Positions 55,439 to 64,000 of a stretch of 64,000 nt of DNA are shown one piece after another (positions within the stretch are counted from its first letter, which is position 1; each line of letters begins with the position of its first letter). The stretch comes from Escherichia coli (lineage in GTDB: Bacteria > Pseudomonadota > Gammaproteobacteria > Enterobacterales > Enterobacteriaceae), in assembly GCF_024223415.1 (NCBI RefSeq), contig NZ_CP100500.1; one strand, 5' to 3'. The notes under the pieces were generated by a model, which was not told the DNA's origin, searched no databases, and worked only from the letters and a program-made list of their open reading frames with translations. Position numbers and translations under genes: made by a program.

Positions 55439-56933
55439 TCTTTCACACATTATTGCCGCAGCATTCAATGAACCGCTGCTTCTGGAGCCCGCCTATGCGC
55501 GGGTTTTCTTTTGCGCGCTCGGGCGCGAGATGGGGGCAGCAAGTCTTTCGGTACCACAACAGCAGGTACAGCTTGATGCTCCCGGAATGCTGGCTGAAAC
55601 GGACGAGTACATGGCCGGAGGTAAACGACCGGCCCGTGTTTACCGGGTGGTGAACGGTATTGCTGTACTGCCGGTGACCGGCATGCTGGTGCACCGGCTG
55701 GGTGGTATGCGGCCATTTTCCGGAATGACAGGCTATGACGGCATTGTCGCCTGTCTTCAGCAGGCAATGGCGGACACCGCTGTCCGGGGCGTACTGCTGG
55801 ACATTGACAGTCCGGGCGGGCAGGTCGCAGGCGCGTTTGACTGCGCTGACATGATTTACCGCCTCCGTCAGCAGAAGCCGGTCTGGGCACTGTGCAATGA
55901 CACGGCCTGTTCTGCAGCCATGCTGCTGGCGTCGGCCTGCTCCCGACGGCTGGTTACCCAGACATCCCGTATCGGCTCCATTGGCGTGATGATGAGCCAT
56001 CTCAGCTATGCCGGTCATCTGGCGCAGGCCGGTGTGGATATCACGCTGATTTATGCCGGGGCGCACAAGGTGGATGGCAATCAGTTTGAAGCCTTACCGG
56101 AAGAGGTGCGTCAGGACATGCAGCAGCGCATTGATGCGGCACACCGGATGTTTGCCGAAAAAGTGGCGATGTATACCGGGCTGTCTGTGGATGTGGTCAC
56201 GGGAACAGAGGCCGCCGTTTTTGAAGGTCAGTCCGGCATTGAGGCCGGGCTGGCGGATGAATTAGTCAATGCGTCGGATGCCATCAGTGTGATGACCACG
56301 GCGCTGTACACACATGATACAGGAGGCACTATGCCGCAATTAACTGCAACGGAAGCCGCCGCGCAGGAGAACCAGCGAGTGATGGGGATCCTGACGAGTA
56401 AGGAAGCGAAAGGACGTGAACAGCTTGCCACGATGCTGGCGGGACAACAGGGCATGAGCGTTGAACAGGCCCGGGAGATCCTGGCCGCGGCGGCACCACA
56501 GCAGCCGGTGGCATCCGCGCAGAGTGAAGCCGATCGCATTATGGCGTGTGAAGAGGCGAAAGGTCGTGAACAACTGGCGGCAACGCTGGCGGCGATGCCG
56601 GAGATGACGGTGGAAAAAGCCCGCCCGATCCTGGCAGCTTCACCGCAGGCGGATGCCGGACCATCACTCCGTGATCAGATCATGGCCCTGGATGAGGCAA
56701 AAGGGGCTGAGGCGCAGGCTGAACAGCTGGCTGCCTGCCCGGGAATGACCGTGGAGAACGCCCGGGCTGTGCTGGCTGCGGGATCAGGTAAGGCAGAACC
56801 GGTCTCTGCATCCACAACCGCCATGTTTGAACATTTCATGGCGAACCATTCACCGGCAGCGGTACAGGGTGGCGTGCCACAGACGTCAGCAGACGGTGAT
56901 GCGGACGTGAAAATGCTCATGGCCATGCCATGA
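55428..56933 (+). CDS. head maturation protease / minor capsid protein C (S49 ClpP-like) with nested scaffold region
   Basis: 501 aa, GTG start; S49 peptidase core (DIDSPGGQVAG...); repeated EAKGREQLA segments in the C-terminal scaffold-like part; lambda C/Nu3 position. Confidence 0.85.
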   Translation: MRRNLSHIIAAAFNEPLLLEPAYARVFFCALGREMGAASLSVPQQQVQLDAPGMLAETDEYMAGGKRPARVYRVVNGIAVLPVTGMLVHRLGGMRPFSGMTGYDGIVACLQQAMADTAVRGVLLDIDSPGGQVAGAFDCADMIYRLRQQKPVWALCNDTACSAAMLLASACSRRLVTQTSRIGSIGVMMSHLSYAGHLAQAGVDITLIYAGAHKVDGNQFEALPEEVRQDMQQRIDAAHRMFAEKVAMYTGLSVDVVTGTEAAVFEGQSGIEAGLADELVNASDAISVMTTALYTHDTGGTMPQLTATEAAAQENQRVMGILTSKEAKGREQLATMLAGQQGMSVEQAREILAAAAPQQPVASAQSEADRIMACEEAKGREQLAATLAAMPEMTVEKARPILAASPQADAGPSLRDQIMALDEAKGAEAQAEQLAACPGMTVENARAVLAAGSGKAEPVSASTTAMFEHFMANHSPAAVQGGVPQTSADGDADVKMLMAMP

Positions 56934-56969
56934 AGCCAGTGCTGACCATCAATAGGAGGTTTTTACAAT

Positions 56970-57317
56970 ATGGTAACGAAAACCATCACTGAACAGCGTG
57001 CGGAAGTACGTATTTTTGCCGGTAATGATCCGGCTCATACCGCCACAGGCAGCAGCGGGATTTCCTCGCCAACACCGGCACTGACGCCCCTGATGCTGGA
57101 TGAAGCCACCGGGAAACTGGTGGTCTGGGACGGACAGAAAGCCGGTAGTGCGGTTGGCATACTGGTACTGCCGCTTGAAGGCACAGAGACGGTGCTGACG
57201 TATTACAAGTCGGGAACCTTTGCGACGGAGGCAATCCGCTGGCCTGACAGTGTGGATGAACACAAAAAGGCCAACGCCTTTGCCGGTAGTGCCCTGAGTC
57301 ACGCGGCGCTGCCGTAA
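56970..57317 (+). CDS. head decoration protein (lambda gpD-like)
   Basis: 115 aa; similar to lambda D. Confidence 0.88.
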   Translation: MVTKTITEQRAEVRIFAGNDPAHTATGSSGISSPTPALTPLMLDEATGKLVVWDGQKAGSAVGILVLPLEGTETVLTYYKSGTFATEAIRWPDSVDEHKKANAFAGSALSHAALP

Positions 57318-57374
57318 CACGTTATCAGGCCACCGCGGTGGCCTGACTGATTTCTGAATGAAAGGAACTGATTT

Positions 57375-58403
57375 ATGGGATTGTTTACGACCCGCCAGTT
57401 ACTCGGTTATACCGAACAAAAAGTGAAATTTCGTGCGCTGTTTCTGGAGCTGTTTTTCCGTCGTACGGTGAATTTCCATACCGAAGAGGTGATGCTGGAC
57501 AAAATTACCGGAAAAACGCCGGTGGCGGCCTATGTCTCCCCGGTTGTTGAAGGAAAAGTGCTGCGTCATCGTGGTGGTGAAACCCGCGTGTTGCGTCCGG
57601 GCTACGTCAAGCCGAAACACGAATTTAATTCCCGGCAGGCGGTTGAGCGCCTTCCTGGTGAAGATCCGGCTCAACTGAACGATCCGGCTTACCGCCGTCT
57701 GCGTATCATTACCGATAACCTCAAACAGGAAGAGCACGCGATTGTCCAGGTGGAAGAAATGCAGGCGGTAAATGCCGTGCTGTATGGCAAATACACCATG
57801 GAAGGAGACCAGTTCGAGAAAATTGAGGTCGATTTTGGCAGGTCGACGAAGAATAACATTACGCAGGCCAGTGGTAAAAAATGGTCTGAGCACGATCGTG
57901 ACACGTTCGATCCTGCGCATGATATTGACCTCTACTGCGACCAGGCCAGCGGCCTTGTGAATATTGCCATTATGGACGGTACCGTCTGGCGTCTGCTGAA
58001 TGGTTTTAAGCTGTTCCGCGAAAAACTGGATACCCGTCGCGGTTCAAATTCGCAACTCGAAACGGCAGTGAAAGACCTGGGGGCGGTGGTGTCTTTCAAA
58101 GGGTATTACGGTGATCTGGCCATTGTGGTGGCGAAAACGTCTTATGTGGCAGAGGACGGTACCGAAAAACGTTATCTGCCAGACGGCACGCTGGTCCTGG
58201 GGAATACTGCTGCAGATGGGATCCGTTGTTACGGTGCCATTCAGGATGCACAGGCGTTGTCTGAAGGAGTGGTGGCCTCTTCCCGTTATCCGAAACACTG
58301 GCTGACGGTGGGGGATCCCGCCCGTGAATTTACCATGACGCAGTCCGCGCCGCTGATGGTGTTGCCGGACCCGGATGAGTTTGTGGTGGTACAGGTGAAA
58401 TAA
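57375..58403 (+). CDS. major capsid protein (lambda gpE-like)
   Basis: 342 aa; colinear with lambda E (...PGYVKPKHEFN...EEMQAVNAVLYGKYTMEGD...TRRGSNSQLETAVKDLG...). Confidence 0.93.
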   Translation: MGLFTTRQLLGYTEQKVKFRALFLELFFRRTVNFHTEEVMLDKITGKTPVAAYVSPVVEGKVLRHRGGETRVLRPGYVKPKHEFNSRQAVERLPGEDPAQLNDPAYRRLRIITDNLKQEEHAIVQVEEMQAVNAVLYGKYTMEGDQFEKIEVDFGRSTKNNITQASGKKWSEHDRDTFDPAHDIDLYCDQASGLVNIAIMDGTVWRLLNGFKLFREKLDTRRGSNSQLETAVKDLGAVVSFKGYYGDLAIVVAKTSYVAEDGTEKRYLPDGTLVLGNTAADGIRCYGAIQDAQALSEGVVASSRYPKHWLTVGDPAREFTMTQSAPLMVLPDPDEFVVVQVK

Positions 58404-58454
58404 TCCGTGAGCGGGGGCGAAATGCCCCCGTGTCTTTTTTCACAGGGGGCTGAT

Positions 58455-58817
58455 ATGGCAACGAAAGAGCAAAATCTGAAACGGCTTGATGAACTGGCCC
58501 TGATTCTGGGGCGTGAGCCGGATATATCCGGGAGTGCCGCAGAGATAGCGCAGCGGGTGGCGGAATGGGAAGAGGAAGCAGAGGACAAAAACCAGGAGAG
58601 TGATGAGAACGAAAGGCATTTGATGACGTATAGCCACTCCACTGGCGGGGATGAAATGAGCACTGTTCGTGTACTCAAAACCCTGCATGTGGCGGGAAAA
58701 CATCCGCATGATGACAGTGATATGGAGATTGTTGTTACAGGTATGACTGTCAGAGTTGATCCAGTGAATGTTGCGGAACTTGTCCTGGAGGGGCTTGTTA
58801 CAGATGAAAGTTATTAA
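58455..58817 (+). CDS. DNA packaging protein FI-like
   Basis: ORF 58407..58817; probable start MATKEQNLKRLDELA...; position between E and FII. Confidence 0.75.
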   Translation: MATKEQNLKRLDELALILGREPDISGSAAEIAQRVAEWEEEAEDKNQESDENERHLMTYSHSTGGDEMSTVRVLKTLHVAGKHPHDDSDMEIVVTGMTVRVDPVNVAELVLEGLVTDESY

Positions 58818-59166
58818 TATCAGGGATAACGGTTTTGATACAGCCATTGCCCGGGCTGATGAAACGATACGCGGGCATATGGGAACGTCAGCCACCATTA
58901 CATCCGGTGAGCAGCCCGGCGCAGTAATACGTGGTGTTTTTGATGACCCTGAAAATATCAGCTATGCCGGACAGGGCGTGCGCGTTGAAGGCTCCAGCCC
59001 GTCCCTGTTTGTCCGGACTGATGATGTGCGGCAACTGCGGCGTGGAGACACGCTGACCATCGGTGAGGAAAACTTCTGGATAGACCGGGTTTCGCCGGAT
59101 GATGGCGGAAGCTGTCATCTCTGGCTTGGGCGGGGCGTACCGCCTGCCGTTAATCGTCGCCGCTGA
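58804..59166 (+). CDS. head-tail connector FII-like
   Basis: ORF 58768..59166; start MKVINIRDNGFDTAIARADETIRGHMGTSATITSGEQPGAVIRGVFDDPENISYAGQGVRVEG... near-identical to lambda FII. Confidence 0.9.
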   Translation: MKVINIRDNGFDTAIARADETIRGHMGTSATITSGEQPGAVIRGVFDDPENISYAGQGVRVEGSSPSLFVRTDDVRQLRRGDTLTIGEENFWIDRVSPDDGGSCHLWLGRGVPPAVNRRR

Positions 59167-59177
59167 AAGGGGGATGT

Positions 59178-59753
59178 ATGGCCATACAGGGTCTTGAGCA
59201 GGCCGTTGAAAACCTCAGCCGTATCAGCAGAACGGCGGTGCCTGGTGCCGCCGCAATGGCCATTAACCGCGTGGCCACAACGGCGATTAATCAGTCTTCG
59301 TCTCAGGTCGCCCGTGAAACCCGGGTGCCGAGAAAACTTGTTAAAGAGCGATCCAGACTGAAACGGGCTACGGTCAGAAATCCGAACGCAAAAATTATCG
59401 TTAACCGCGGCGATCTTCCTGTGATTAAGCTGGGGATCAGGATGCTGGGACGTCGCCCGAACAGCATACTCAAAGCCGGTCAGCATCGTTATCAGCGGGC
59501 ATTCATCCAGCGACTGAATAATGGGCGCTGGCATGTTATGCAACGTCTGCCAGAAGCCAGGTATGCGAAGGGCAATGACGATAAGGGAAGGAAAAAGCGT
59601 AATCGTCTTCCCATTCAGGTGGTGAAAATTCCGATGTCGGCCCCACTGAAACAGGCTTTTGATGAGAACGTTAACCGTATCCGACGCGAACGTCTGCCAA
59701 AAGAACTGAGCTATGCGCTGAAACAACAACTGAGGATTGTGATAAAGCGATGA
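59178..59753 (+). CDS. minor tail protein Z-like
   Basis: 191 aa; lambda gpZ position and similarity. Confidence 0.85.
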   Translation: MAIQGLEQAVENLSRISRTAVPGAAAMAINRVATTAINQSSSQVARETRVPRKLVKERSRLKRATVRNPNAKIIVNRGDLPVIKLGIRMLGRRPNSILKAGQHRYQRAFIQRLNNGRWHVMQRLPEARYAKGNDDKGRKKRNRLPIQVVKIPMSAPLKQAFDENVNRIRRERLPKELSYALKQQLRIVIKR

Positions 59754-60145
59754 AAAATACTGATATCCGTACAGCCGTACTGGATGCACTGGAGAAGCAT
59801 GACACCGGGGCGACGTTTTTTGATGGTCGCCCCGCTGTTTTTGATGAGGCGGATTTTCCGGCAGTTGCCGTTTATCTCACCGGCGCTGAATACACGGGCG
59901 AAGAGCTGGACAGCGATACCTGGCAGGCGGAGCTGCATATTGAAGTTTTCCTGCCTGCTCAGGTGCCGGATTCAGAGCTGGATTCGTGGATGGAGTCCCG
60001 GATTTATCCGGTGATGAGCGATATCCCGGCACTGTCAGATTTGATCACCAGTATGGTGGCCAGTGGCTATGACTACCGGCGCGACGATGATGCGGGCCTG
60101 TGGAGTTCAGCCGATCTGACTTATGTCATTACCTATGAAATGTGA
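59750..60145 (+). CDS. tail terminator protein U-like
   Basis: 131 aa; lambda gpU position and similarity. Confidence 0.85.
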   Translation: MKNTDIRTAVLDALEKHDTGATFFDGRPAVFDEADFPAVAVYLTGAEYTGEELDSDTWQAELHIEVFLPAQVPDSELDSWMESRIYPVMSDIPALSDLITSMVASGYDYRRDDDAGLWSSADLTYVITYEM

Positions 60146-60152
60146 GGACGAT

Positions 60153-60905
60153 ATGCCAACACCAAATCCTCTGGCACCGGTGAAAGGGGCCGGGACCACA
60201 CTGTGGGTTTATAAGGGGAACGGTGACCCTTATGCGAATCCGCTTTCAGACAATGACTGGTCGCGTCTGGCTAAAGTTAAAGACCTGACGCCCGGCGAAC
60301 TGACCGCTGAGTCCTATGACGACAGTTATCTCGATGATGAAGATGCGGACTGGGCCGCGACCGGACAGGGGCAGAAATCCGCCGGAGATACCAGCTTCAC
60401 GCTGGCGTGGATGCCCGGAGAGCAGGGGCAGCAGGCGCTGCTGGCGTGGTTTAATGAAGGTGATACCCGTGCCTATAAAATCCGCTTCCCGAACGGCACG
60501 GTCGATGTGTTCCGCGGCTGGGTCAGCAGCATCGGTAAGGCGGTGACAGCGAAGGAAGTGATCACCCGCACGGTGAAAGTCACTAACGTGGGTAAACCTT
60601 CTGTAGCGGAAGAACGCAGCAAAATTACGCCGGTCAGTGCGATTAAGGTGACGCCGACATCCGGTACGGTGGCAAAAGGGAAAACAACCACCCTGACGGT
60701 TTCTTTTGAGCCGGAAAGTGCAACCGACAAGACGTTCAGAGCGGTTTCCGCCGATCCGTCGAAAGCCACCATTAGTGTGAAAGATATGACAATTACGGTA
60801 AACGGCGTGGCGACAGGTAAGGTGCAGATCCCTGTGGTGAGCGGAAATGGTCAGTTCGCCGCAGTGGCTGAAGTCACCGTTACTGAAGCGGGCGCTGCAG
60901 GGTAA
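60153..60905 (+). CDS. major tail tube protein V-like with C-terminal Ig-like domain
   Basis: ORF 60123..60905; probable start [20 protein letters not shown]...; C-terminal Big_2-like region. Confidence 0.88.
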   Translation: MPTPNPLAPVKGAGTTLWVYKGNGDPYANPLSDNDWSRLAKVKDLTPGELTAESYDDSYLDDEDADWAATGQGQKSAGDTSFTLAWMPGEQGQQALLAWFNEGDTRAYKIRFPNGTVDVFRGWVSSIGKAVTAKEVITRTVKVTNVGKPSVAEERSKITPVSAIKVTPTSGTVAKGKTTTLTVSFEPESATDKTFRAVSADPSKATISVKDMTITVNGVATGKVQIPVVSGNGQFAAVAEVTVTEAGAAG

Positions 60906-60918
60906 ACGGAGGTAATAC

Positions 60919-61341
60919 ATGTTTCTGAAAACAGAACAATTTGAATATAACGGTGTGTCTGTCACGCTTTCCGAATTGTCTGCGCTGCAGCGTATCGAGC
61001 ATCTTGCCCTCCTGAAACGGCGTGCAGAACAGGCAGAATCCAGCGGCAACCTGCAGGTAAGCGTGGAAGATCTCGTCAGAACCGGCGCGTTTCTGGTGGC
61101 GATGTCCCTGTGGCATAACCATCCACAGAAAACGCAGATGCCGTCCATGAATGAAGCCGTTAAACAGATTGAGCAGGAAGTGCTTACCACCTGGCCCACG
61201 CAGGCAATTTCTCATGCTCAAAACGTGGTGTACCGGCTGTCCGGAATGTATGAGTTTGTGGTGAATAATGCCCCTGAACAGACAGAGGACGCCGGGCCCG
61301 CAGAGCCTGTTTCTGCGGGAAAGTGTTCGACGGTGAGCTGA
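60919..61341 (+). CDS. tail assembly chaperone G-like
   Basis: 140 aa; MFLKTEQFEYNGVSVTLSELSALQRIEHLALLKRRAE...; ends just after the slippery site. Confidence 0.88.
   Translation: MFLKTEQFEYNGVSVTLSELSALQRIEHLALLKRRAEQAESSGNLQVSVEDLVRTGAFLVAMSLWHNHPQKTQMPSMNEAVKQIEQEVLTTWPTQAISHAQNVVYRLSGMYEFVVNNAPEQTEDAGPAEPVSAGKCSTVS
61317..61323 (+). promoter_or_regulatory. programmed -1 ribosomal frameshift slippery heptamer G GGA AAG (G to G-T)
   Basis: GGGAAAG in the G reading frame (...SAGK), identical to the lambda G/GT slippery sequence; the -1 frame continues as the T ORF. Confidence 0.8.
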
Positions 61342-61757
61342 GTTTTGCCCTGAAACTGGCGCGCGAGATGGGGCGACCCGACTGGCGCGCCATGCTTGCC
61401 GGGATGTCATCCACGGAGTATGCCGACTGGCACCGCTTTTACAGTACCCATTATTTTCATGATGTTCTGCTGGATATGCACTTTTCCGGGCTGACGTACA
61501 CCGTGCTCAGCCTGTTTTTCAGCGATCCGGATATGCATCCGCTGGATTTCAGTCTGCTGAACCGGCGCGAGGCTGACGAAGAGCCTGAAGATGATGTGCT
61601 GATGCAGAAAGCGGCAGGGCTTGCCGGAGGCGTCCGCTTTGGCCCGGACGGGAATGAAGTTATCCCTGCATCCCCGGATGTGGCGGACATGACGGAGGAT
61701 GACGTAATGCTGATGACAGTATCAGAAGGGATCGCAGGAGGAGTCCGGTATGGCTGA
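61323..61757 (+). CDS. tail assembly protein T region (expressed as G-T fusion by -1 frameshift)
   Basis: 144-aa ORF in the -1 frame overlapping the G 3' end; lambda gpT position. Confidence 0.8.
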   Translation: MFDGELSFALKLAREMGRPDWRAMLAGMSSTEYADWHRFYSTHYFHDVLLDMHFSGLTYTVLSLFFSDPDMHPLDFSLLNRREADEEPEDDVLMQKAAGLAGGVRFGPDGNEVIPASPDVADMTEDDVMLMTVSEGIAGGVRYG

Positions 61758-64000
61758 ACCGGTAGGCGATCTGGTCGTTGATTTAAGTCTGGATGCGGCC
61801 AGGTTTGACGAGCAGATGGCCAGAGTCAGGCGTCATTTTTCCGGTACGGAAAGTGATGCGAAAAAAACAGCGGCAGTCGTTGAACAGTCAATGAACCGGC
61901 AGGCGCTGGCTGCACAGAAAGCGGGGATTTCCGTCGGACAGTATAAAGCCGCCATGCGTATGCTGCCTGCACAGTTCACCGACGTGGCCACACAGCTTGC
62001 AGGCGGGCAGAGTCCGTGGCTGATCCTGCTGCAACAGGGTGGTCAGGTGAAGGACTCCTTCGGCGGGATGATCCCCATGTTCAGGGGGCTTGCCGGTGCG
62101 ATCACCCTGCCGATGGTCGGGGCCACCTCGCTGGCGGTGGCGACCGGTGCGCTGGCGTATGCCTGGTATCAGGGCAACTCAACCCTGTCCGATTTCAACA
62201 AAACGCTGGTCCTTTCCGGCAATCAGGCGGGACTGACGGCAGATCGTATGCTGGTCCTGTCCAGAGCCGGGCAGGCGGCAGGGCTGACGTTTAACCAGAC
62301 CAGCGAGTCACTCAGCGCACTGGTTAAGGCGGGGGTAAGCGGTGAGGCTCAGATTGCGTCCATCAGCCAGAGTGTGGCGCGTTTCTCCTCTGCATCCGGC
62401 GTGGAGGTGGACAAGGTCGCTGAAGCCTTCGGGAAGCTGACCACAGACCCGACGTCGGGGCTGACGGCGATGGCGCGCCAGTTCCATAACGTGACGGCGG
62501 AGCAGATTGCGTATGTTGCTCAGTTGCAGCGTTCCGGCGATGAGGCAGGGGCATTGCAGGCGGCGAACGAGGCCGCAACGAAAGGGTTTGATGACCAGAC
62601 CCGCCGCCTGAAAGAGAACATGGGCACGCTGGAGACCTGGGCAGACAGGACAGCGCGGGCATTCAAATCCATGTGGGATGCGGTGCTGGATATTGGTCGC
62701 CCGGACACTGCCCGGGAAATGCTGGAGAAAGCAGAAAAGGCTTTTGATGAGGCGGACAAAAAATGGCAGTGGTATCAGAGCCGGAGCCACCGGCGCGGTA
62801 AAGCCTCAGCATTTCTTGCCAATCTCCGGGGAGCATGGGAGGACAGAGCGAATGCGCAACTTGGGCTTTCAGCCGCCACGTTGCAGGCCGATCTTGAAAA
62901 GGCCAGAGAGATGGCAGCAAAGGACTGGGCCGACTCTGAGGCATCACGGCTGAAATATACCGAAGAGGCGCAGAAGGCTTACGAACGCCTGCAGACGCCG
63001 CTGGAGAAATATACCGCCCGTCAGGAAGAACTGAACAAGGCACTGAAAGACGGAAAAATCCTGCAGGCAGATTACAACACGCTGATGGCGGCGGCGAAAA
63101 AGGATTATGAAGCGACGCTGAAAAAGCCGAAACAGTCCGGCGTGAAGGTGTCTGCGGGCGATCGTCAGGAAGACAGTGCTCATGCCGCCCTGCTGACGCT
63201 TCAGGCAGAACTCCGGACGCTGGAGAAGCATGCCGGAGCAAATGAGAAAATCAGCCAGCAGCGCCGGGATTTGTGGAAGGCGGAGAGTCAGTTCGCGGTA
63301 CTGGAGGAGGCGGCGCAACGTCGCCAGCTGTCTGCACAGGAGAAATCCCTGCTGGCGCATAAAGATGAGACGCTGGAGTACAAACGCCAGCTGGCTGCAC
63401 TTGGCGACAAGGTTACGTATCAGGAGCGCCTGAACGCGCTGGCGCAGCAGGCGGATAAATTCGCACAGCAGCAACGGGCAAAACGGGCCGCCATTGATGC
63501 GAAAAGCCGGGGGCTGACTGACCGGCAGACAGAACGGGAAGCCACGGAACAGCGCCTGAAGGAACAGTATGGCGATAATCCGCTGGCGCTGAATAACGTC
63601 ATGTCAGAGCAGAAAAAGACCTGGGCGGCTGAAGACCAGCTTCGCGGGAACTGGATGGCAGGCCTGAAGTCCGGCTGGAGTGAGTGGGAAGAGAGCGCCA
63701 CGGACAGTATGTCGCAGGTAAAAAGTGCAGCCACGCAGACCTTTGATGGAATTGCACAGAATATGGCGGCGATGCTGACCGGCAGTGAGCAGAACTGGCG
63801 CAGCTTCACCCGTTCCGTGCTGTCCATGATGACAGAAATTCTGCTTAAGCAGGCAATGGTGGGGATTGTCGGGAGTATCGGCAGCGTCATTGGCGGTGCT
63901 GCCGGTGGTGGCGCATCAGTGTCAGGCGGTACAGCCATTCAGGCTGCTGCGGCAAAATTCCATTTTGCGACCGGAGGATTTACGGGAACCGGCGGCAAAT
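61750..64000 (+). CDS. tail tape-measure protein H-like (partial, continues beyond window)
   Basis: Open frame from ATG 61750 to window end (absent from ORF track because there is no stop); MAEPVGDLVVDLSLDAARFDEQMARV..., coiled-coil-rich, Gly-rich near the end. Confidence 0.85.
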   Translation, partial: MAEPVGDLVVDLSLDAARFDEQMARVRRHFSGTESDAKKTAAVVEQSMNRQALAAQKAGISVGQYKAAMRMLPAQFTDVATQLAGGQSPWLILLQQGGQVKDSFGGMIPMFRGLAGAITLPMVGATSLAVATGALAYAWYQGNSTLSDFNKTLVLSGNQAGLTADRMLVLSRAGQAAGLTFNQTSESLSALVKAGVSGEAQIASISQSVARFSSASGVEVDKVAEAFGKLTTDPTSGLTAMARQFHNVTAEQIAYVAQLQRSGDEAGALQAANEAATKGFDDQTRRLKENMGTLETWADRTARAFKSMWDAVLDIGRPDTAREMLEKAEKAFDEADKKWQWYQSRSHRRGKASAFLANLRGAWEDRANAQLGLSAATLQADLEKAREMAAKDWADSEASRLKYTEEAQKAYERLQTPLEKYTARQEELNKALKDGKILQADYNTLMAAAKKDYEATLKKPKQSGVKVSAGDRQEDSAHAALLTLQAELRTLEKHAGANEKISQQRRDLWKAESQFAVLEEAAQRRQLSAQEKSLLAHKDETLEYKRQLAALGDKVTYQERLNALAQQADKFAQQQRAKRAAIDAKSRGLTDRQTEREATEQRLKEQYGDNPLALNNVMSEQKKTWAAEDQLRGNWMAGLKSGWSEWEESATDSMSQVKSAATQTFDGIAQNMAAMLTGSEQNWRSFTRSVLSMMTEILLKQAMVGIVGSIGSVIGGAAGGGASVSGGTAIQAAAAKFHFATGGFTGTGGK

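Noticed and set aside
60246-61199. 317-aa minus-strand ORF spanning the tail genes V and G
   Set aside because: Antisense to two well-supported lambda-like structural genes; Cys/Arg-rich junk translation.
62663-63938. Multiple minus-strand ORFs (172-192 aa) within the tape-measure gene
   Set aside because: Antisense shadow ORFs in a GC-rich, repeat-like coiled-coil gene.

Overview
Two parts. (1) Positions 1 to ~26.1 kb are a conserved Escherichia coli-type core block, recognised from the ORF-track translations by memory of the K-12 proteins (no database search was possible): kgtP, yfiM, pssA, patZ, tapT(yfiP), trxC, yfiF, ung, grcA, eamB, yfiE, srmB, trmN6(yfiC), nadB, rpoE-rseABC, lepAB, rnc-era-recO-pdxJ-acpS, the shoB/ohsC type I toxin-antitoxin locus, and yfhL. 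(2) From ~26.2 kb to the window end (>37 kb, right end not in window) lies a mosaic lambdoid prophage inserted beside yfhL: divergent tyrosine integrase and AlpA-like excisionase; a leftward early region with SNF2-like helicase, Rha, Arc-like and VRR-NUC proteins, two antirepressor paralogues, a family-A DNA polymerase, phage SSB and a Cas4-like exonuclease; CI/Cro immunity switch; primase-helicase with an iteron-rich putative origin; Q antiterminator; phage-21-type lysis cassette (S, SAR endolysin, Rz/Rz1); cos; and a lambda-like packaging/head/tail module (Nu1, A, W, B, C, D, E, FI, FII, Z, U, V, G/GT with the GGGAAAG slippery site, H partial). Several accessory cassettes interrupt conserved phage modules. 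The best candidate for an undescribed system is a single-gene TIR-like cassette (32614..33357) precisely bounded by a 15-bp direct repeat and nested between ~490-bp direct repeats. Other candidates are a convergent two-gene insert between holin and endolysin, a small-membrane-peptide insert between R and Rz, and an AT-rich two-gene cassette (soluble + membrane protein) flanked by ~225-bp direct repeats next to cos. All functional assignments are from motif recognition by eye and need HMM/BLAST and experimental confirmation. Coordinates of non-ORF features (hairpins, repeats) are approximate to a few bases.
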